Part shown: in pieces, positions 44,295 through 62,180 of the stretch
Layout of the letters: every line of letters starts with the position of its first letter
Position numbering within the stretch: the first letter of the stretch is position 1
Source of the DNA: the human T2T-CHM13v2.0 reference genome, Homo sapiens
Assembly: GCF_009914755.1 (NCBI RefSeq)
Contig: NC_060939.1
Reading direction: 5' to 3' (one strand)
Length of the DNA: 64,000 bases
The notes under the pieces: model-generated
What the model was told of the DNA's origin: nothing
Databases searched by the model: none
The model's input: only the letters and a program-made list of their open reading frames with translations
Position numbers and translations under genes: made by a program

Positions 44295-44995
44295 TGCAAT
44301 TGTCATGCTATCTACACAGAATTAGGTCAAACCTCACAGGTCAAGGGCACAGGGCCTTAAAAGGGCCTCCCTCATTTCAGACATCAGCTACAAGCAGGGG
44401 AGGGGGCTTCCAGGACACACACACTTCTGACCAACTGGCTACAAAGCTGGAGATTCCCACTACCCACTCAAATTGGATACACAACTTTGCTAGAATAACA
44501 CATTACTCAGGAAAAAGCTGTAGTTATAATTACAGTTATATAATAAAGGATGTAAATCAGGACCAGCCAAAGAAAGAAACCGTCAGGGTAAGGTTTAGGA
44601 GGACCTGAGACACACGACTTCCGCTTCCTCAGGACAAGTCACCCTCCTGGCGCATCGATGTGTATCACTACCCAGGAAAGCACACCTGAGCTTCCGTGGC
44701 CAAAGTTTTTATCAGGGTTTCATTATGGACACATGACGGATTGAATCTTTGGCCACATTATTGAGCTCAGCCTCTAGCCTCTCTCTCCTCCCAGAAGGCT
44801 GGGCTGATAGCACATGCTTCGAAGCCCAACCCTTGAATCACACAGTTGTTCTTTCTGGTGTGATGGGCCCCATCCTGTGTCATCTCCACAGCATAAGCTC
44901 AGATATTGTCAGGCCCGCCATCAGTAACAAAATATAATTGTATCATAGGAAACTTCAAGGGTTTAGAGGGCTCCTCTCAGGACCCAGAGAAAAAG
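44295..44995. mobile_element. MER21-like LTR fragment
   Basis: cacacttctgaccaactggctacaa...aggtttaggagg motifs recalled from MER21. Confidence 0.6.
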
Positions 44996-45875
44996 ATCAG
45001 CCAAATTAATTACTATGCAACAAGCCACCCCTTGTTCTTTGACTGCGATTCTTGTTATATGACTAATATCTGGGGGAGCCAGAAAACTTTTAACTGAATT
45101 TCACAATACATTTGGCTCTCGATGTCAATATTATAATCTTACCAACAGTGCCAGTATTACATCACAGCATGGCAGATGTCACCTGACTGTACTTTGTCTG
45201 CCCTGAAACATTGGAGCTCTATCTATATTTCTCTTTGAAAGCTCCTAATTGACCTGAGAGAAATGGTACCATTTCCCTGTGGTAAAGCAAGTCCTTCACT
45301 AGTGACCTCATCTGGCATTGTTTCCTATAAGAGAGCTGTCCTGGAGCTCAGATCATTTTGGACATAAAAGCTATGTAGCCTAGAATATGACTTAAAGGGT
45401 CCAATGGCTATGCCCCCAAACACATTGTATCCTTATATATGGACTTTGCCTCGGGAGTCACTGCACCCACAAAACTGTAACAAGGAGCCCTTTGCTTCAG
45501 TTTGAGTCTTTACCTCTCCTCTCTTTTCCTGGCCCTTAGTTTTAAGTCATGAGCATAGACCATGCAGACCTTTATGGAAGCTCTCTTAAGTCATAGGCTG
45601 GAAGGGGCCCAGTCTCTCTCTTTACCGCTCTGTTCGTCTTATGTACAGTGAACATCTTGTCTCTCACAATTGACTTCAAGCCACACAGGTCCTCTCTACA
45701 GAAATATCTTCTTATTGCTTGTTTTCAGAGCATCTTTCCAAAGTTCTTCTTATTCTATGTAATTCAAATTATTGTGATTTCTCACATGGACTCTTACAAA
45801 TGCCTCCTTACTATTCTCCCAACTTCTTTCTACTTCATTATGTAGTACGGAGGCTTCCCAAGAAAAGAAGGATTA

Positions 45876-46667
<792 letters not shown>

Positions 46668-46722
46668 TCATAACATAACATAACATAACATAACATAACA
46701 TAACATAACATAACATAACATA
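46668..46722. repeat. (CATAA)n pentanucleotide microsatellite
   Basis: ~10 units read directly. Confidence 0.95.
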
Positions 46723-47076
46723 GCATAAAATAGCTAGGTCTCTTGTCACAAATTCATTTCATTAAGTATTGGCGAAAGGTATGTATTCTGGGCTTTCCCT
46801 GTGTGAATGAGTAATTCCTAAATGATAAGTTAACTCCATCATTCTAATTTTCCTTAGTCTTTGAATCCCTTCCTCTACATTAAATCAAGGGATATCTGGC
46901 ATTTCCAATTCACTCACAGTGGGACATCTTTTGATCCAGATTGCAGCCAACAAACCAAACTGGTAGAGCCTTTTGTAACTCCCTGAACTACAACATTAAA
47001 TGCAGAATCTCTGCTCTGTGGGACCGTATCAACAAACGGGGAACTTTATGTTCCTTCCACCATTGTCTCATACCCC

Positions 47077-47686
47077 TGTCAATCGAGAAAAATGATGAGA
47101 CAAATCTCAATCATTTTAGGAGGTTTATTTGCCAAAGTTAAGGATGCATGCCCAGGAGACAGGTCTATGCCTTTCTTCAAAGATGATTTTGAGGGCTCCA
47201 AATTTAAAGAGGAAAGGGCAGGATATTGAGAGGTACACAATTTTCATGTGAGAGTGGGGTAGGGAAAAATATTCATTTATTTGTCTGGCTCAGTGAATTT
47301 GCATTGTTTTACATAAGATGACATAGACAAATGGGGCAGAGGAAAAATGCTGGAATCTGCATTTTTACATAAGATAACAGACAAAATGGGGCAGGGGACC
47401 GATCAGATATGCATTTGTGTCTGGAGGGCAGGGGGGTGACTGCACTGTAAAGACAATTGACATTATCATGGTGAAATTTTAACAGACACACCTTAGGGTA
47501 AAGATCTTGGAGCTCACTAGGAATTTCCTCATGGACAAAATGTGGGGGAGGCATGAAGATTTTCATCTTGTAGCCATCTTAGTTAGGAAGCAAAAGGGGA
47601 GGCAGGTTTGCATGACCCAGTTCCCAGCTTAACTTTTCCCTTCGGCTTAATGAGTTTGGCATCCCAATATTTATTTTCCTTTCACA
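47077..47686 (-). mobile_element. Solo MER4-family LTR
   Basis: Minus strand starts tgtgaaaggaaaataaa; 4-bp TSD CCCC. Confidence 0.85.
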
Positions 47687-47820
47687 CCCCTAATATCCAT
47701 TCCCACACATGTTCCCCAGTTTCCTACCTGTTCCTGGATGTAGTCAGCCTCCTCAGAGATCATACTCTGTAACTCACCTTAGGGGATTGCGGGACTGGAG
47801 TCTACTTATAGGTCTAGAAT

Positions 47821-48346
<526 letters not shown>

Positions 48347-48625
48347 GCCTAAAAGCAAAGAGGGGTGGTGGGGTGGCTCCTAAGGAGAATCAGCATTGTC
48401 TTGCTCCACAGCTGCCTTACGGGAGGCCATTCCCATTTCCTCAGGCAGTGCAGGGTTATCCCCTCAGACAGAGGTGGAAAGGTTGATGCCACTGGGGATG
48501 GGGAGGCACTTCCTCTGGGGTTGGGGAATTCACTTTTGCCAGGGGTGGGGTGGCTACTTCTGCTGGTGGTAGGGAGACCTGTTCCACTGGTGAGAAAGAA
48601 AAGTGGCTCCGAGTCGTCTTAGAAA

Positions 48626-49094
48626 TGTGAGGTCTGCAAAATTTATCGGGCCCTGAGAGATGAGCACGAGGCTTCACTCATGTCCTGGCACCCGTGCCTG
48701 GGCATAATTGTTTAAAGGCACTTTGGCTTTCTTTCCTTTCCTGCAGTTTCCAGACTAGCGGATAAATTTCCTAAAACATTACCATAAGTTGCACAATGTG
48801 GCCCTCACCCAATATCTTCATGTTCCTGGAATCTGTGATACAAAAACAATGCATAGCCAACAAATAGTTTGTGTTGTGTTATTTTAATGAACCTATGTAG
48901 ATTATTGATAAGCAACTTAGAAACTGCCCCCAGCTTATTTTTTCTCTTAAACACCCACTTGTAACTGCTGCTAATCTGGGTATATATGTAGGGCAACTTG
49001 AATCTATTACTCCTAGGCTGCAGTCCTTAATCTTGGCCCATATAAACTCTCTACTTATATTAATTTTGCCTCATTTTCTTTCCTTAAGTTGACA
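48626..49094 (+). mobile_element. Probable solo ERV1-class LTR
   Basis: tgtgagg...ttaagttgaca ends and a poly-A-signal-like ataaac region; TSD not clear. Confidence 0.55.
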
Positions 49095-49765
49095 TGGGCA
49101 ACAAAGGCTCATCAGAGGGGCTCAATGTTCCCAGCTTTACCAAGGCTTTCCATCCCAATTTACAGGATCCCATTTTTTTCCCAGTCAATGCCCTCACTTT
49201 ATCAGTGGGCACCCTGTGAGGCTGGGAGTTATATTTGCCTTGTAATTCAGCCAATCACAGGATAAAGTCTTGCATTTGATTTTCAGCAATTTCAGCCCTG
49301 AAGCTACAAGACCTAACACTCTCCCTCAGGGTGCACCTAGAAGGTCTTAGGTCATTTGTGTGGTGCTTGAGCTGGGAATTATTGTCATTATTTTCCTTAG
49401 TTTTCCAAAATCTTTTGAAAGTATTATATATCGCATTACTTTAGTTGACTAGGACTATCCAATGCAGATATTTTGGGTATCTCAATAAAAAATTCACGTC
49501 ATGGACTATCAGTAATATCTTACCACTGAAAGTAAAGTCATTAGTATTTTCAAGTTTAATCATATTAGAGAAACAATTCCAGAAACCTCAAAACCAATTC
49601 ACAGAATTTATCCTTAAAATTCTGTTCCTCTAGATCCACTCTTGGGGCAAAAATCTGTATTATTCAGGTTTCTCCAGAAAAATAGAACCAATCTGATATA
49701 GATAGGTAGATAGGTAGATAGGTACACAGCTAGCTAGCTACCTATCTGTATCTCATATCTCCTCT

Positions 49766-50515
49766 TGAAACAGGAGAGTTCCCTGATCCCCTACACAGGA
49801 TGATTGGTGGGTGTGGCTCATCTGTTCTGCTGCCTCCTGCTCAAACCCCTCATGGGAGGGGAAGCACGCAGACAGGGAGGTGTAGGAGCTGGGGCAAGCA
49901 CTTTTGGACTCTGGCCCCACGTTACCATATATGGGTGGGTGCCTGCAACTCCCAAAGCTCCAGTGGGCATATTACAGTACTCTTTAGCTCTGCCATCTGC
50001 AGACCACTTAAGTGTTAACCAGCTCAGTGCCCTCTTGGTACCAAGGTCCTTGCCTGGCATCCAGGAAGAATCAGGTGACATGGAAAAATTGAAGGATGAC
50101 AAATGTGGGGGATTTTATTGCCAGACGGAAGTGGCTCTCAGCAGGGTGGATGGGGAGCTGGAGAGGAGTTGCAGTAGGAAGATGATCTTCCTCTGGAGTT
50201 TGGCCATCCCGTGGCCAATCTGTTCTCCAACCATCCCCAGCCAACCACCTCTCGATGTTCAGACGTTCCTTCTCTTCTCTCCTTCTCTGCCACCCTGCTC
50301 TTCCAACCCTCTGCTCTTCTGCTTGTGAAGCCTGGGACTTGGGGTTTATAAGGGTTCAGGAGAGGGGGGCATGGTGGGCCAAAAGGCAACAGCTGGGTGC
50401 AAAAACAGGAATGACTGTTCCCATTTAGGGCTGCAGGTTTCCTGGCTTCAGGGTGGGGCCTTTGACAGGGAACCGCCTCTTCTACCCAGTATTTCCCTGT
50501 CGCCTGTGCATATCA
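49766..50515 (-). mobile_element. Solo LTR of the LTR1/LTR27/MER52 group inside the MLT2 LTR
   Basis: Minus strand starts tgatatgcacaggcgacagggaaatactgggtagaagagg; 4-bp TSD CTCT. Confidence 0.85.
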
Positions 50516-51059
50516 CTCTTATCCCTGTAGATAGATAATAGATTCTCTATCTCTGTGGATAGGTGCAGAGATAAGAGGAGATCTATAATCAGAATTGGCT
50601 TACATAATTATGAAGGCCAAGAAATCCCACAATATGCCACCTATAACCTGCAGACCTATGAAAACTGGTGGCACAATTCAGTCTGAGTCCAAAGGCCTGA
50701 GAACCAACAGAGTGAATGGTGAAACTACCAGTCTGAGTCCAAAGACCTGAGTACCAGGAGATATGATGTCTAAGGGCAGGAAAAGTATGTCCCAGCTCAA
50801 GGAGAAAGATAATTTGCACTTCCTCTGCCCTTTTTGTTCTATCTAGGCCTTCAATGAACTAGGTGATGCCTGCCCACATTTGTGAGGGCAGATCTTGTTT
50901 GTCTATTGAATCAAATACTAATCTTTTGTCTATACCTCAATAAAGCTGAAAAAAACTAAAGTAATTGCACACTTCCAAAAACAAAAAATATAAACAAATA
51001 CTATTTTCCAAAAACACCCTCACACACTTAGAAATGTTTTACCAGCTATCTACCAAGTC

Positions 51060-52750
51060 AACTTAATGTTTAACTTTAAACATTACATCCTTTAATCTAG
51101 CATAACATCTTTTAAATTCATCAACATTTGTGTAGATCAACAGTTACAGTTCTTTTCTTTTGGCACTTGAAAAATATTGTGCCACTTCCTACTTGCCCCC
51201 ATGGCTTTAGATAAGAAATTCACTGTCATTCCAATTCATGTGCCCCTAAGGATAACAAGTCATGTTTCTGTGCCTGCTTTCAATATTTTCTGTCTTTTCA
51301 GAAGTTTAGTATGATGTGTCCTGGTATATATTTCTTTGGGTTCATACTATTTGGGATATATTAAACTTCTTGAATCTGAGTGTATTTCGTTTAACAAATT
51401 TGGGAAATGTTTACCCATTATGTCTTCAAATACTCTTTCAGCCCCACTGACTTTCTCCTCTTCTTCCCCAACTCCGATAATATTAATGTTGGATCTTTTG
51501 TTATTGGTCTGTGAAGTTCTGTTCATTATTTTCAGTCTATTTCCTCTATTGTTCAGATTAGGGAAATTCTACACATTTTCAAGTTCACTGATCATATCTC
51601 CTGCCCTCCACCCTCTACTATTGAGCCCACCTAGAAAGCTTTTAATTTCTGTTACTGCATTTATCTGTTTCATGAATGTCTTGTTTCTTTTTTATAACTC
51701 CTATTTCTTTGCTAGAATATTCCATTTTTTCATTTAAGATAATTTTTTTATTACTTGAACCATTTTTATGCTGGTTGCTTTGAAATTGTTGTCAGATAAT
51801 TCCAACATGTGGTTTATTTCACTGTTAACATCAACTGATTGCCTTTTGTCATTTCAATTCCCATTTCCCTGTGCCTTGCGCATTTTTTATATTATGTTAG
51901 GAAATCTGGGTTCTATTTACATTTTGTTTAATTTTAGTAAGCATTCACCTTTTTGGATTCAGCATGCCGGTCTGGACCTAATTTGAAGGATTTGACTCCT
52001 ACAACAATTTAATTTTCAGTCTTTGCAGAGCTATTTTAGTTTGCTTTTTAAAAAAATATCATTCCACTGGGGCTCCTACTGGTTTCTGATGGAGCTTCCC
52101 CAGGATCAGTTGTCTGTATCTCTAAGTGAATGAATGGAGACTCCGTCCTACAGGGGCAGAGTGCTTCCCTGGCCAAGTGCACATTGCAGTGTGAATTCCC
52201 TTCCCTGTGCCCTTGGTTGTGCAGTGTCTCTGGTGAAGGAAATGAGTTGTGTCCTTTGTGGGAAAGAATTGGAAAGTTGGATTTTGGCAATTCCAGTTGC
52301 TAGTGCCCTCAACCAAGGGCTTGGGAACAGGGGTGGAAGGAGAGGAGTAGAGACGTAGAGAAAATGGTGTCTCACACTTGGTGAAAAAGTAGAGTTTTCT
52401 GGCAGCTTACCGTTAACAGGGCTTCTAATCAACCCGTCTCCATTGTTGGTTCTCCTCTGCTTGCCTGCTATTTCTGGCAGAACTCTCATTTGTTGCAGAA
52501 GAATGAGCCTACTTGAGCTACCTTCTGTTACTACATTGGGAGGTGGGAATTGTCAAGCCTGGATCACCTCTCTTGTTGGATGGGGGTTGTATTTTGTGCC
52601 TCCAGAATCGAGGCCCCGACCAATTCACCTTCCTCTTACCACCTTTCAGAATTCTCCTGTAGCTGTTCCTTTTACTATTCTCAGTGTTTATAATTGTACT
52701 TAGTAGGGAGGGGCAGAGAATGACAAGTCAAGGTGATTCTGTCAACTCTC
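51060..52750 (-). mobile_element. Old L1M 5'/ORF1 fragments
   Basis: T-rich strand with atgatgtgtcctggt...aaatttgggaaat...tcttcaaatactctttc L1 phrases. Confidence 0.65.
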
Positions 52751-52920
52751 AAAGTCTTGTCTATTTAAATTTTTAGAAGTAAAAACAGAATCTCTGAATC
52801 TGGCAAATACGTATCTGACAGTGGTAGCCTATTGCCCATTTTCTAGGTTTGGTTCAGTTCCACAGATCTAGATGTTGTATGATGAAGGAGAATCCACATA
52901 CAGTTAAGAAACGAGTTTGC

Positions 52921-53213
<293 letters not shown>

Positions 53214-53837
53214 CTATGGAATAAGTATCATTATATACCTTGGACAAATGGCAGAGCTTACTGCTTTCATTTTTAAAAAAAATTAAAAATGCATCAAGGT
53301 TTTAGAAATTAAAAAATTTTATTCTTGAAATAAAAATCTCAATAGATGGGTTGAATAGCAAAATGGATTGAAGAGTAAATCAGTGAACCAGAATATCATG
53401 CTAAGTAATTCTCCCAGAATGCAGTGCAAAACAATAGATGGAAAGAATGAACAAAATGTTATGAGACATGAATGACAGCTGTAAAAGTTCCACTATCTGC
53501 TTAATATGAATTACAGGAGAGAAGAAAATTAAGGAAGGAGAGTGCCTAAAACAAGGCAAAAATTTAAGACAATTTCTTAGAAATTGGAAATACTCATATT
53601 GAGAGGAACCAGTGAATATTTACAGGAAGAATGTAAAAAGACTGACATGTAAGTAAATCATGATAAAATTTCAGGATACTAAGGATAAGGAGGAAACTGA
53701 ATGTTTTCAGCGTGAAAACAATTGTGTGGGATGGAATAAGATCGATACCAGACTTCACATTGGCAACATGGTAAGTAAGAAAACAGAATAATGTCTTTAC
53801 AGTTTTCTGGTGAAAATACTTGTGAACTTATGATTCT

Positions 53838-54259
53838 TGTTAAAGCGAACTAAATATGGCCTGAGGACTCTGTACTTCTGTATTTGAGTCCTTGTGGACT
53901 AACCATAACCTAACTTAATAGACAAGATTGAAAACCTAGCTTAGGAGTATGCATCTGTAACAGCAGCTGAGTCTTGGCCAATCCCAGCAACTATACTTCA
54001 ATCACTCATACACTGCTGAGGGTTCAAACTGTGTTCAAATAAGGCAAATGCCAACCTGTAACCAATCCAGCTGTTTCTTTACCTCACTTTCAATTTCTGT
54101 GTGTCACTTTCCTTTTCTTGTCTATACATTTGTTCTGACCATGAGGCATCCCTGAAGTCTCTCTGAATCTGCTGTGGTTCTGGAGGCTGCCCAACTTGTG
54201 AATTGTTTTTTTTTTCTTGCTCAATTAAATTCCATTTAATTTGAAGTTTTCTTTTAATA
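53838..54259 (+). mobile_element. MER57-like solo LTR
   Basis: Starts tgttaaagcgaactaaatatggcctgag, ends gttttcttttaata. Confidence 0.75.
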
Positions 54260-54364
54260 TTGTTTAACCAGCCAAAGTGCAAGTGAATGTGAGGGCATCA
54301 TAAAGACATTTTAAGACACAAAAACAGATTCAAAAAGTTTATAATTCACTGTCCACATAGACTA

Positions 54365-54562
54365 ACCTTTCTCAACAGGGTACCATTGGCATTTGGGGTG
54401 GAACAGTCCTTCGTTGTGTAAGATTGATCCACACATTGCAGGTTGCTTAGTGTCCTTGACCATCATCCACTAAATGCCAGTAGCATTTCTCCTCCCCGTG
54501 ACAATACACAACAGCCCCACATTTGGAGACAGTGCTGTATCACCTCTGGTTGAGAAACCATG
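54365..54562 (-). mobile_element. MER20-like element
   Basis: tttctcaac...gttgagaaacc terminal inverted repeats. Confidence 0.7.
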
Positions 54563-54975
54563 GTGTAGAAAATATATTCAAAAAGAAAATAAATCTGGGA
54601 AGAAAAAAAGGGATATAAGAAGCACAGGTGAGCAAGATAATCAGTGAAGTTTACTTTTAAGTCTAAATTATAAAAATAAACCTATAATAAAAAACTAAAA
54701 TCTGAAATAACTCGGGATGGAAAGTTATGAAGTCTGGAAAGGAGGAAGGAGAGAGAAGTAAAAGCATGCTAGGAGTCTCATTTTATCTATACGATTAGCT
54801 CTGGATGTCAATCATATGTGTAGCTATGTGTATAAAAATATAAAGATATAGGAACTAAACATATACTTTTCAAGTCATTAGAAGAAAAATTAGTTGGGAA
54901 CAAGTAAAATGCCAGCAGCTAACTGAAGATCAGGGATGAAAAAGAAACAAAAACAGCATATAAAATAGAAAGCAT

Positions 54976-55280
54976 GGCCAGGCGCTGTGGCTCACGCCTG
55001 TAATCCCAGCACTTTGGGAGGCCGAGGTGGGCAGATCACAAGGTCAGGAGATCCAGACCATCCTGGCTAACACGGTGAAACCTCGTTTCTACAAAAAATA
55101 CAAAAAAATTAGCCGATCGTGGTGGCAGGCACCTGTAGTCCCAGCTACTCAGGAGGCTGAGGCAGGAGAATGGCGTGAACGCGGGAGGCAGAGCTTGCAG
55201 TGAGCCGAGATTGCGCCACTGCACTCCAGCCTGGGCTACAGAGCGAGACTCCATCTCAAAAAAACAAACAAACAAAAAAA
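54976..55280 (+). mobile_element. AluY
   Basis: Sense dimer. Confidence 0.95.
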
Positions 55281-56164
55281 GTGATTATATGCTTTATTTC
55301 AAAGATGAAATTTATGACTATACAGCAAAATAAAATTGGGATAAAAAATAACCTGAAAATCAGGAAACAGGAGAAACAGTCTAAACATTTATTTTGTGAT
55401 CTTGCCTAATTATTTTTCTTATAGTCAATAAGGAATAATTTAAAATGACCTTATTCCTGAGTACCTGGAGACTTCTAAGAAGTTTTGAAAAATAATTTTA
55501 TGTTGAAGAATCATACCACAAAATACTTCCAAGATATATATGTGTTGCCATCCTAGTTACTATAAACCAGAGAAAAATGTTCTAATTGCTCTTTTTAATG
55601 AATATGTACAAAAATGCTTCATTATAAATCTAGAATATAGGAATATGTTCAATAATTGATTTTTGCAAAAAGTCTGTTTTTTTTTTTCTCTAAAGCAGGG
55701 AGAGAACTGTAGCTTCATGATCTGAGATATCAGGCAAGGAAGTCCTCCCCTATTCTTTCTTAAGGGATAAGCTCTTTATATTCCTCTCTCCAGTCCCTCA
55801 GAGACAGCATCACATAACTCCCCTATGCTCTGTGCTCTGTTGGCTCCATCCTCGGGGACAAGTGCTATTTCACATCTTACTCTTAAATCACTTCTGAGAA
55901 ACAGACATAGCTTCCACCAAAGAGGAGCCCTCCCAACAGACCTCTAATAACACCAAAGGGTTTCCATGTGTGTGCCCTTAAGCGAACATACACAAATGAA
56001 ATGAATCTATAGATTGATAATGAAGCCAGTTTTTATAAGTGACACATGAATATCAGTCGATTAGACACACTCCTGCCGAGTACTGTAACAAATCTCTTCA
56101 TTTTTACCACATACATGAATAGCTGTCCCATATATTCATAAAACATAAGAATTTTTTTCTTGAT

Positions 56165-56370
56165 TAATAAACTTCATTTTTTAGAGTAGTTTTAGGCTCA
56201 CAGCAAAATTGAGTGGAAAGTAGAAGAGTTCCCATAGACTCCCTACTCCCATACACACACAGCTTCCCCCACTGTCAACATCCTGCACCAGAATGATGCA
56301 TTTGCTATAATCGATGAACCTACACTGACACATCACTATCACCCAGAGTCCACAGTTTACATTAGGGTTC
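56165..56370 (-). mobile_element. L1MC/MB 3' end fragment
   Basis: tttaggctcacagcaaaattgagtggaaagt...tcgatgaacctacactgacacatcac. Confidence 0.8.
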
Positions 56371-56476
56371 GATAAAATAATTTTTTACAACTTAAATCCC
56401 CCAATAAACTTAACATTACTTCTCTGGGCCATACATTTTTCTGCATCAGTAAAATGGGATAAGAATATTTATTTGG

Positions 56477-56657
56477 AGCTGGGAGTGGTGGTGCATGCCT
56501 GTAGTCTCAGCTTCTTGGGAGGCTGAGGTGGGAGGATTGCTTAAGCCCAGGAGTTTGACGCTGCAGTGAACCATGATTGCATCACTGCACTAAAGCCTGG
56601 GCAGCAGAGTGAGACCCTGTCTCAAAACAAAACAAAATAAAACAAAGACAACAAAAA
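56477..56657 (+). mobile_element. Alu right arm (FRAM/AluJ) within a MIR remnant
   Basis: Right-monomer sequence, (CAAAA)n tail. Confidence 0.85.
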
Positions 56658-56957
56658 GGTAATATTTGGAAGGTTTTGTGAGTATTATTGGGATACATTA
56701 TGAAAAGTGCTAGCACATTATAAGTATTCAGTTACGGTTATTTAAGTTTATCATTAAGATCGTTATAACCTGTAGGAACTGACACTGCTACCCCAATCCT
56801 GTCTTTGAAGGAGCAAACCCATATGGGAGTAAAAATGACTGGCTCCCCTCCCTGCCTTGACCTGTCATTTGAGTCTACCTAATTATAAAACAAACAGGGT
56901 TTTAAGTTTTGAACCTATTCCCTGTCATGGTGGGTAGAAAATCAATCACTACACCTG

Positions 56958-57088
56958 TATTTATAAAACAATCAGAACAGAGGAAAAGACACAATTTTGA
57001 ATTCCAGCCACACATTAAAACAACCCATATTTATAAAACAATCAGAACAGAGGAAAAGACATGATTTTGAATTCCAGCCATGCATTAA
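56958..57088. repeat. Tandem duplication, 70-bp period
   Basis: tatttataaaacaatcagaacagaggaaaagac...ttttgaattccagcca repeated at 56958 and 57028. Confidence 0.95.
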
Positions 57089-58174
57089 TTGTGTGCATTT
57101 AGGCACATCACTTAAGCCTGTTAAAATTCATTTTATCCACCGAAAGCACTTTATATACTTAAACGAACTATGCTCATTTACAGGGTTCTGTGCATGATCC
57201 TGCATCCGTAAAACTGAGAAACCAACAGAATGAGGACAGAATGAAAAAAGAAAAAAACTTTCAGAATGTTCTTCCTTTCCTCAATGCCATACAGTTTGTG
57301 CAGTCAGCTGATTGGCTGAAAAGAGTCAGTTTTGACGACTGATGCTTCCTGCTCATGTTTAGTTGGTTTAGGAAGCTCATTAGGATGCTATCTCGGAGAT
57401 GAGTCTGGTGGGTAGAATATCTGATGACTCTAAGGCAAATGTACTTCCTTCAGCTGGTGAATTAATTTCTCAATAGACTCAATTTGCTTTTTACTGTCTG
57501 GCAATATCCCATATTTGCAATGGCCTTTCAAACACTTGCAATAAAATGTGGCTCACACATACAACCTGTTAGCGGTGAAAGAGAAACATTCATCACATTC
57601 AAAATTCTCCAAACATGAGAGCAGCTGAATGTGCTTTAAGACAGTATACCTAATGATACATCTCTATTTTCCCCTTCCTCTTACAATCATTTACACAGAT
57701 ATATGAGAGGTAAATATGTGTTTAGAAAGTATTAGTCATCATAGATGTACCTCCAGTCATCCATTCAAATGTAAACATGGTAAAATATGCACTTGTACAA
57801 TTTTATACTATCAATGAGTATAGGTAGGTGAAAATTAGTGTTGCCAGAAAAAATTCAAACCAGAAAACTGAAAGTATAGAAAAATACTTTTTGTCATTGA
57901 AAAACCATTTTAAAATAATATATCGTGTAGAATAAAAAATTCCATGAATATATACATGTAAATTATACATATATGTGAATTTAATTTTGTTAAAAGGTAA
58001 TTGGCATCTGCAATTTCATGCAGTCTAAGTGAAACCCATAAAGAAATGTGTATGAAATAGGAAAGCAACAAAAGCTCATAACATTTTAAAATTAGAAATC
58101 AGATTCAAAACCCATCATGATCTATTTTAAATTTATCTCTATAACATTTCAATTGAGACATAAAACACACTTTA

Positions 58175-59369
<1,195 letters not shown>

Positions 59370-59875
59370 CTGAAAAAAAAAAAATGGTGAAAAAGCGAAC
59401 AACCTTCCTTGCAAAACAACTCCAGAGTTAATGCCAGAGCTTTCTATCAAAACATCCATGTTAAGTTCGCCGGAAAGATTCAGAAGATCAATGACAGGAG
59501 TAAGGGAAAAAACAAGGACATTTTGTGAGTAGGAACGTATAATGACCCTGCAGCAGGAGAACGAGAGAGGGGGAAGAAGGAAATGGAGGGTGTAAGTGAA
59601 TTAATTGACTGTAACATGTTTAATGAAATAAGTAGACGTGTGATGCAAATTTCTTAATAGTCAAACGTTATGCAACATATGATGCATAAGAATTGTACTA
59701 TCTCAAATTTTTTTTAATGTGAGATTCTCTTGATGCCACTTTCATTTACCTACACACACACAAATAGCACAAATCACATATACATATACTGACACGAAAA
59801 TATATATGTGGGAGGGAGAGAAAGAGGGAGGATAACTTTAATCATGATACACTGCCAATATAAGAACTCCCTTTT

Positions 59876-60206
<331 letters not shown>

Positions 60207-60778
60207 TTATTCAACTTACCAAAATTTTAATTGCCAATGGAACAGAAACCAGCACAAATAAGAACTTGTAACTTACCCAGGTACAAGTGAATTTCAATGA
60301 CTGAAATTCAGGGGCATTCTAAGCAAGAATAGTTCAATAGTAACTAATCTCATTATTTTTCATTTTTATTAAGTCATATTTATTATTCATAGTGTGATTT
60401 CTCATCAAGGAGTTATTTAACATGCCAAAAGCCTGCATCTCTTTAACTAGGTCTTTATGCATAGGGAATGTTTAAGTATCCACAAAAGTAATACATACTA
60501 ACCAATTTTTTAGATTTTAACATATATATTTGAAGATATGTTTTCCCCAAATGTACAGTTCTTTGTGGCCTGGATTGCCTCAGGAAACTGCCTCTGCCTG
60601 TTGTGGGTATCATGGCAAGTAAGGGCACTGGTAATTTACTGCTGAGAAAATGCCTAGCCGTTTGCCTAATTATGCCATGTCATCTTCCTCACACTACAGA
60701 GCACGGTAACCTCATTTCCAAAATCAAAGACAGAACAAATCTGAACAGCTACTGTTCCTGAGGCAAACAAGTGAATAA

Positions 60779-61132
<354 letters not shown>

Positions 61133-61865
61133 GATCTTAGACAATTCTACATCGTCTGTTGAATCTATCGTCTGTTGAATCAGCTTTCTATTAACCACAC
61201 ACTATAGAAGTGAAACGAACCTGTACTACCAAGAGTGTGTATTAATTTTGCATGCATTTCCTAGTAAACAATGTAGACAGTATTAATTTTTATGTTGCCA
61301 AGGTAATAGTTTTGTCCCTCAACTCATATGCTAAATTTTGCCTCACCTGGCTCAGTCAGAAGGAACAGAATTGACAATATTAACTAGTCTCAGTTATCTC
61401 CACTGACAGAAAAAAAAACGTGTTATTTTCTACACGGACTGTGGGAATCAGCATTTTCTGTTATTAACTTAAGATTTTTTTTCTTGCCATTTCTCTTTAT
61501 GATCCCAATGTATTGATGTATTTCTAACACTACAACAAGATTTGTGTCACTCAACTGTGTGTTGTAATCATTGTCTTTTAACCATTTATATCCATGAAAC
61601 TGATGTCATTGAAAGATAGAAAACAGAAACAAAAAGCATAGAAGGGAGAGAGGGAGGAAGACTTTAGTCATGATACAATGCCAATGTAAGGACTCCTTTT
61701 AAGAAAGATTTTAAAAAATTTCTTCATCAAAATTTCCATTGCCTCCTTGAATGAACTGTGAAGGATTGCAAATTCCTTTAAAACTTGGTTTTGGCAACGA
61801 ATCTGGATTTCCTTCATTAGCCAGGTATACAGAATTCATTTTCCAATGCTCTATTAAAAATAAGA

Positions 61866-62180
61866 GGCTGGGCACGGTGGCTCACGCCTGTAATCCCAGC
61901 ACTTTGGGAGGCTGAGGCGGGTGGATCACAAGGTCAGGAGATGGAGACCATCCTGGCTAACACGGTGAAACCCCGTCTCTACTAAAAATACAAAAAATTA
62001 GCCGGGTGTGGTGGCGGGCACCTGTAGTCCCAGCTACTCAGGAGGCTGAGGCAGGAGAATGGCGTGAACCCAGGAGGCGGAGCTTGCAGTGAGCCGAGAC
62101 TGCGCCACTGCACTCCAGCCTGGGCAACAGAGTGAGACTCCATCTAAAAAAAAATAAAATAAAATAAAATAAATAAAAAA
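61866..62180 (+). mobile_element. AluY
   Basis: Sense dimer, (TAAAA)n tail. Confidence 0.95.
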
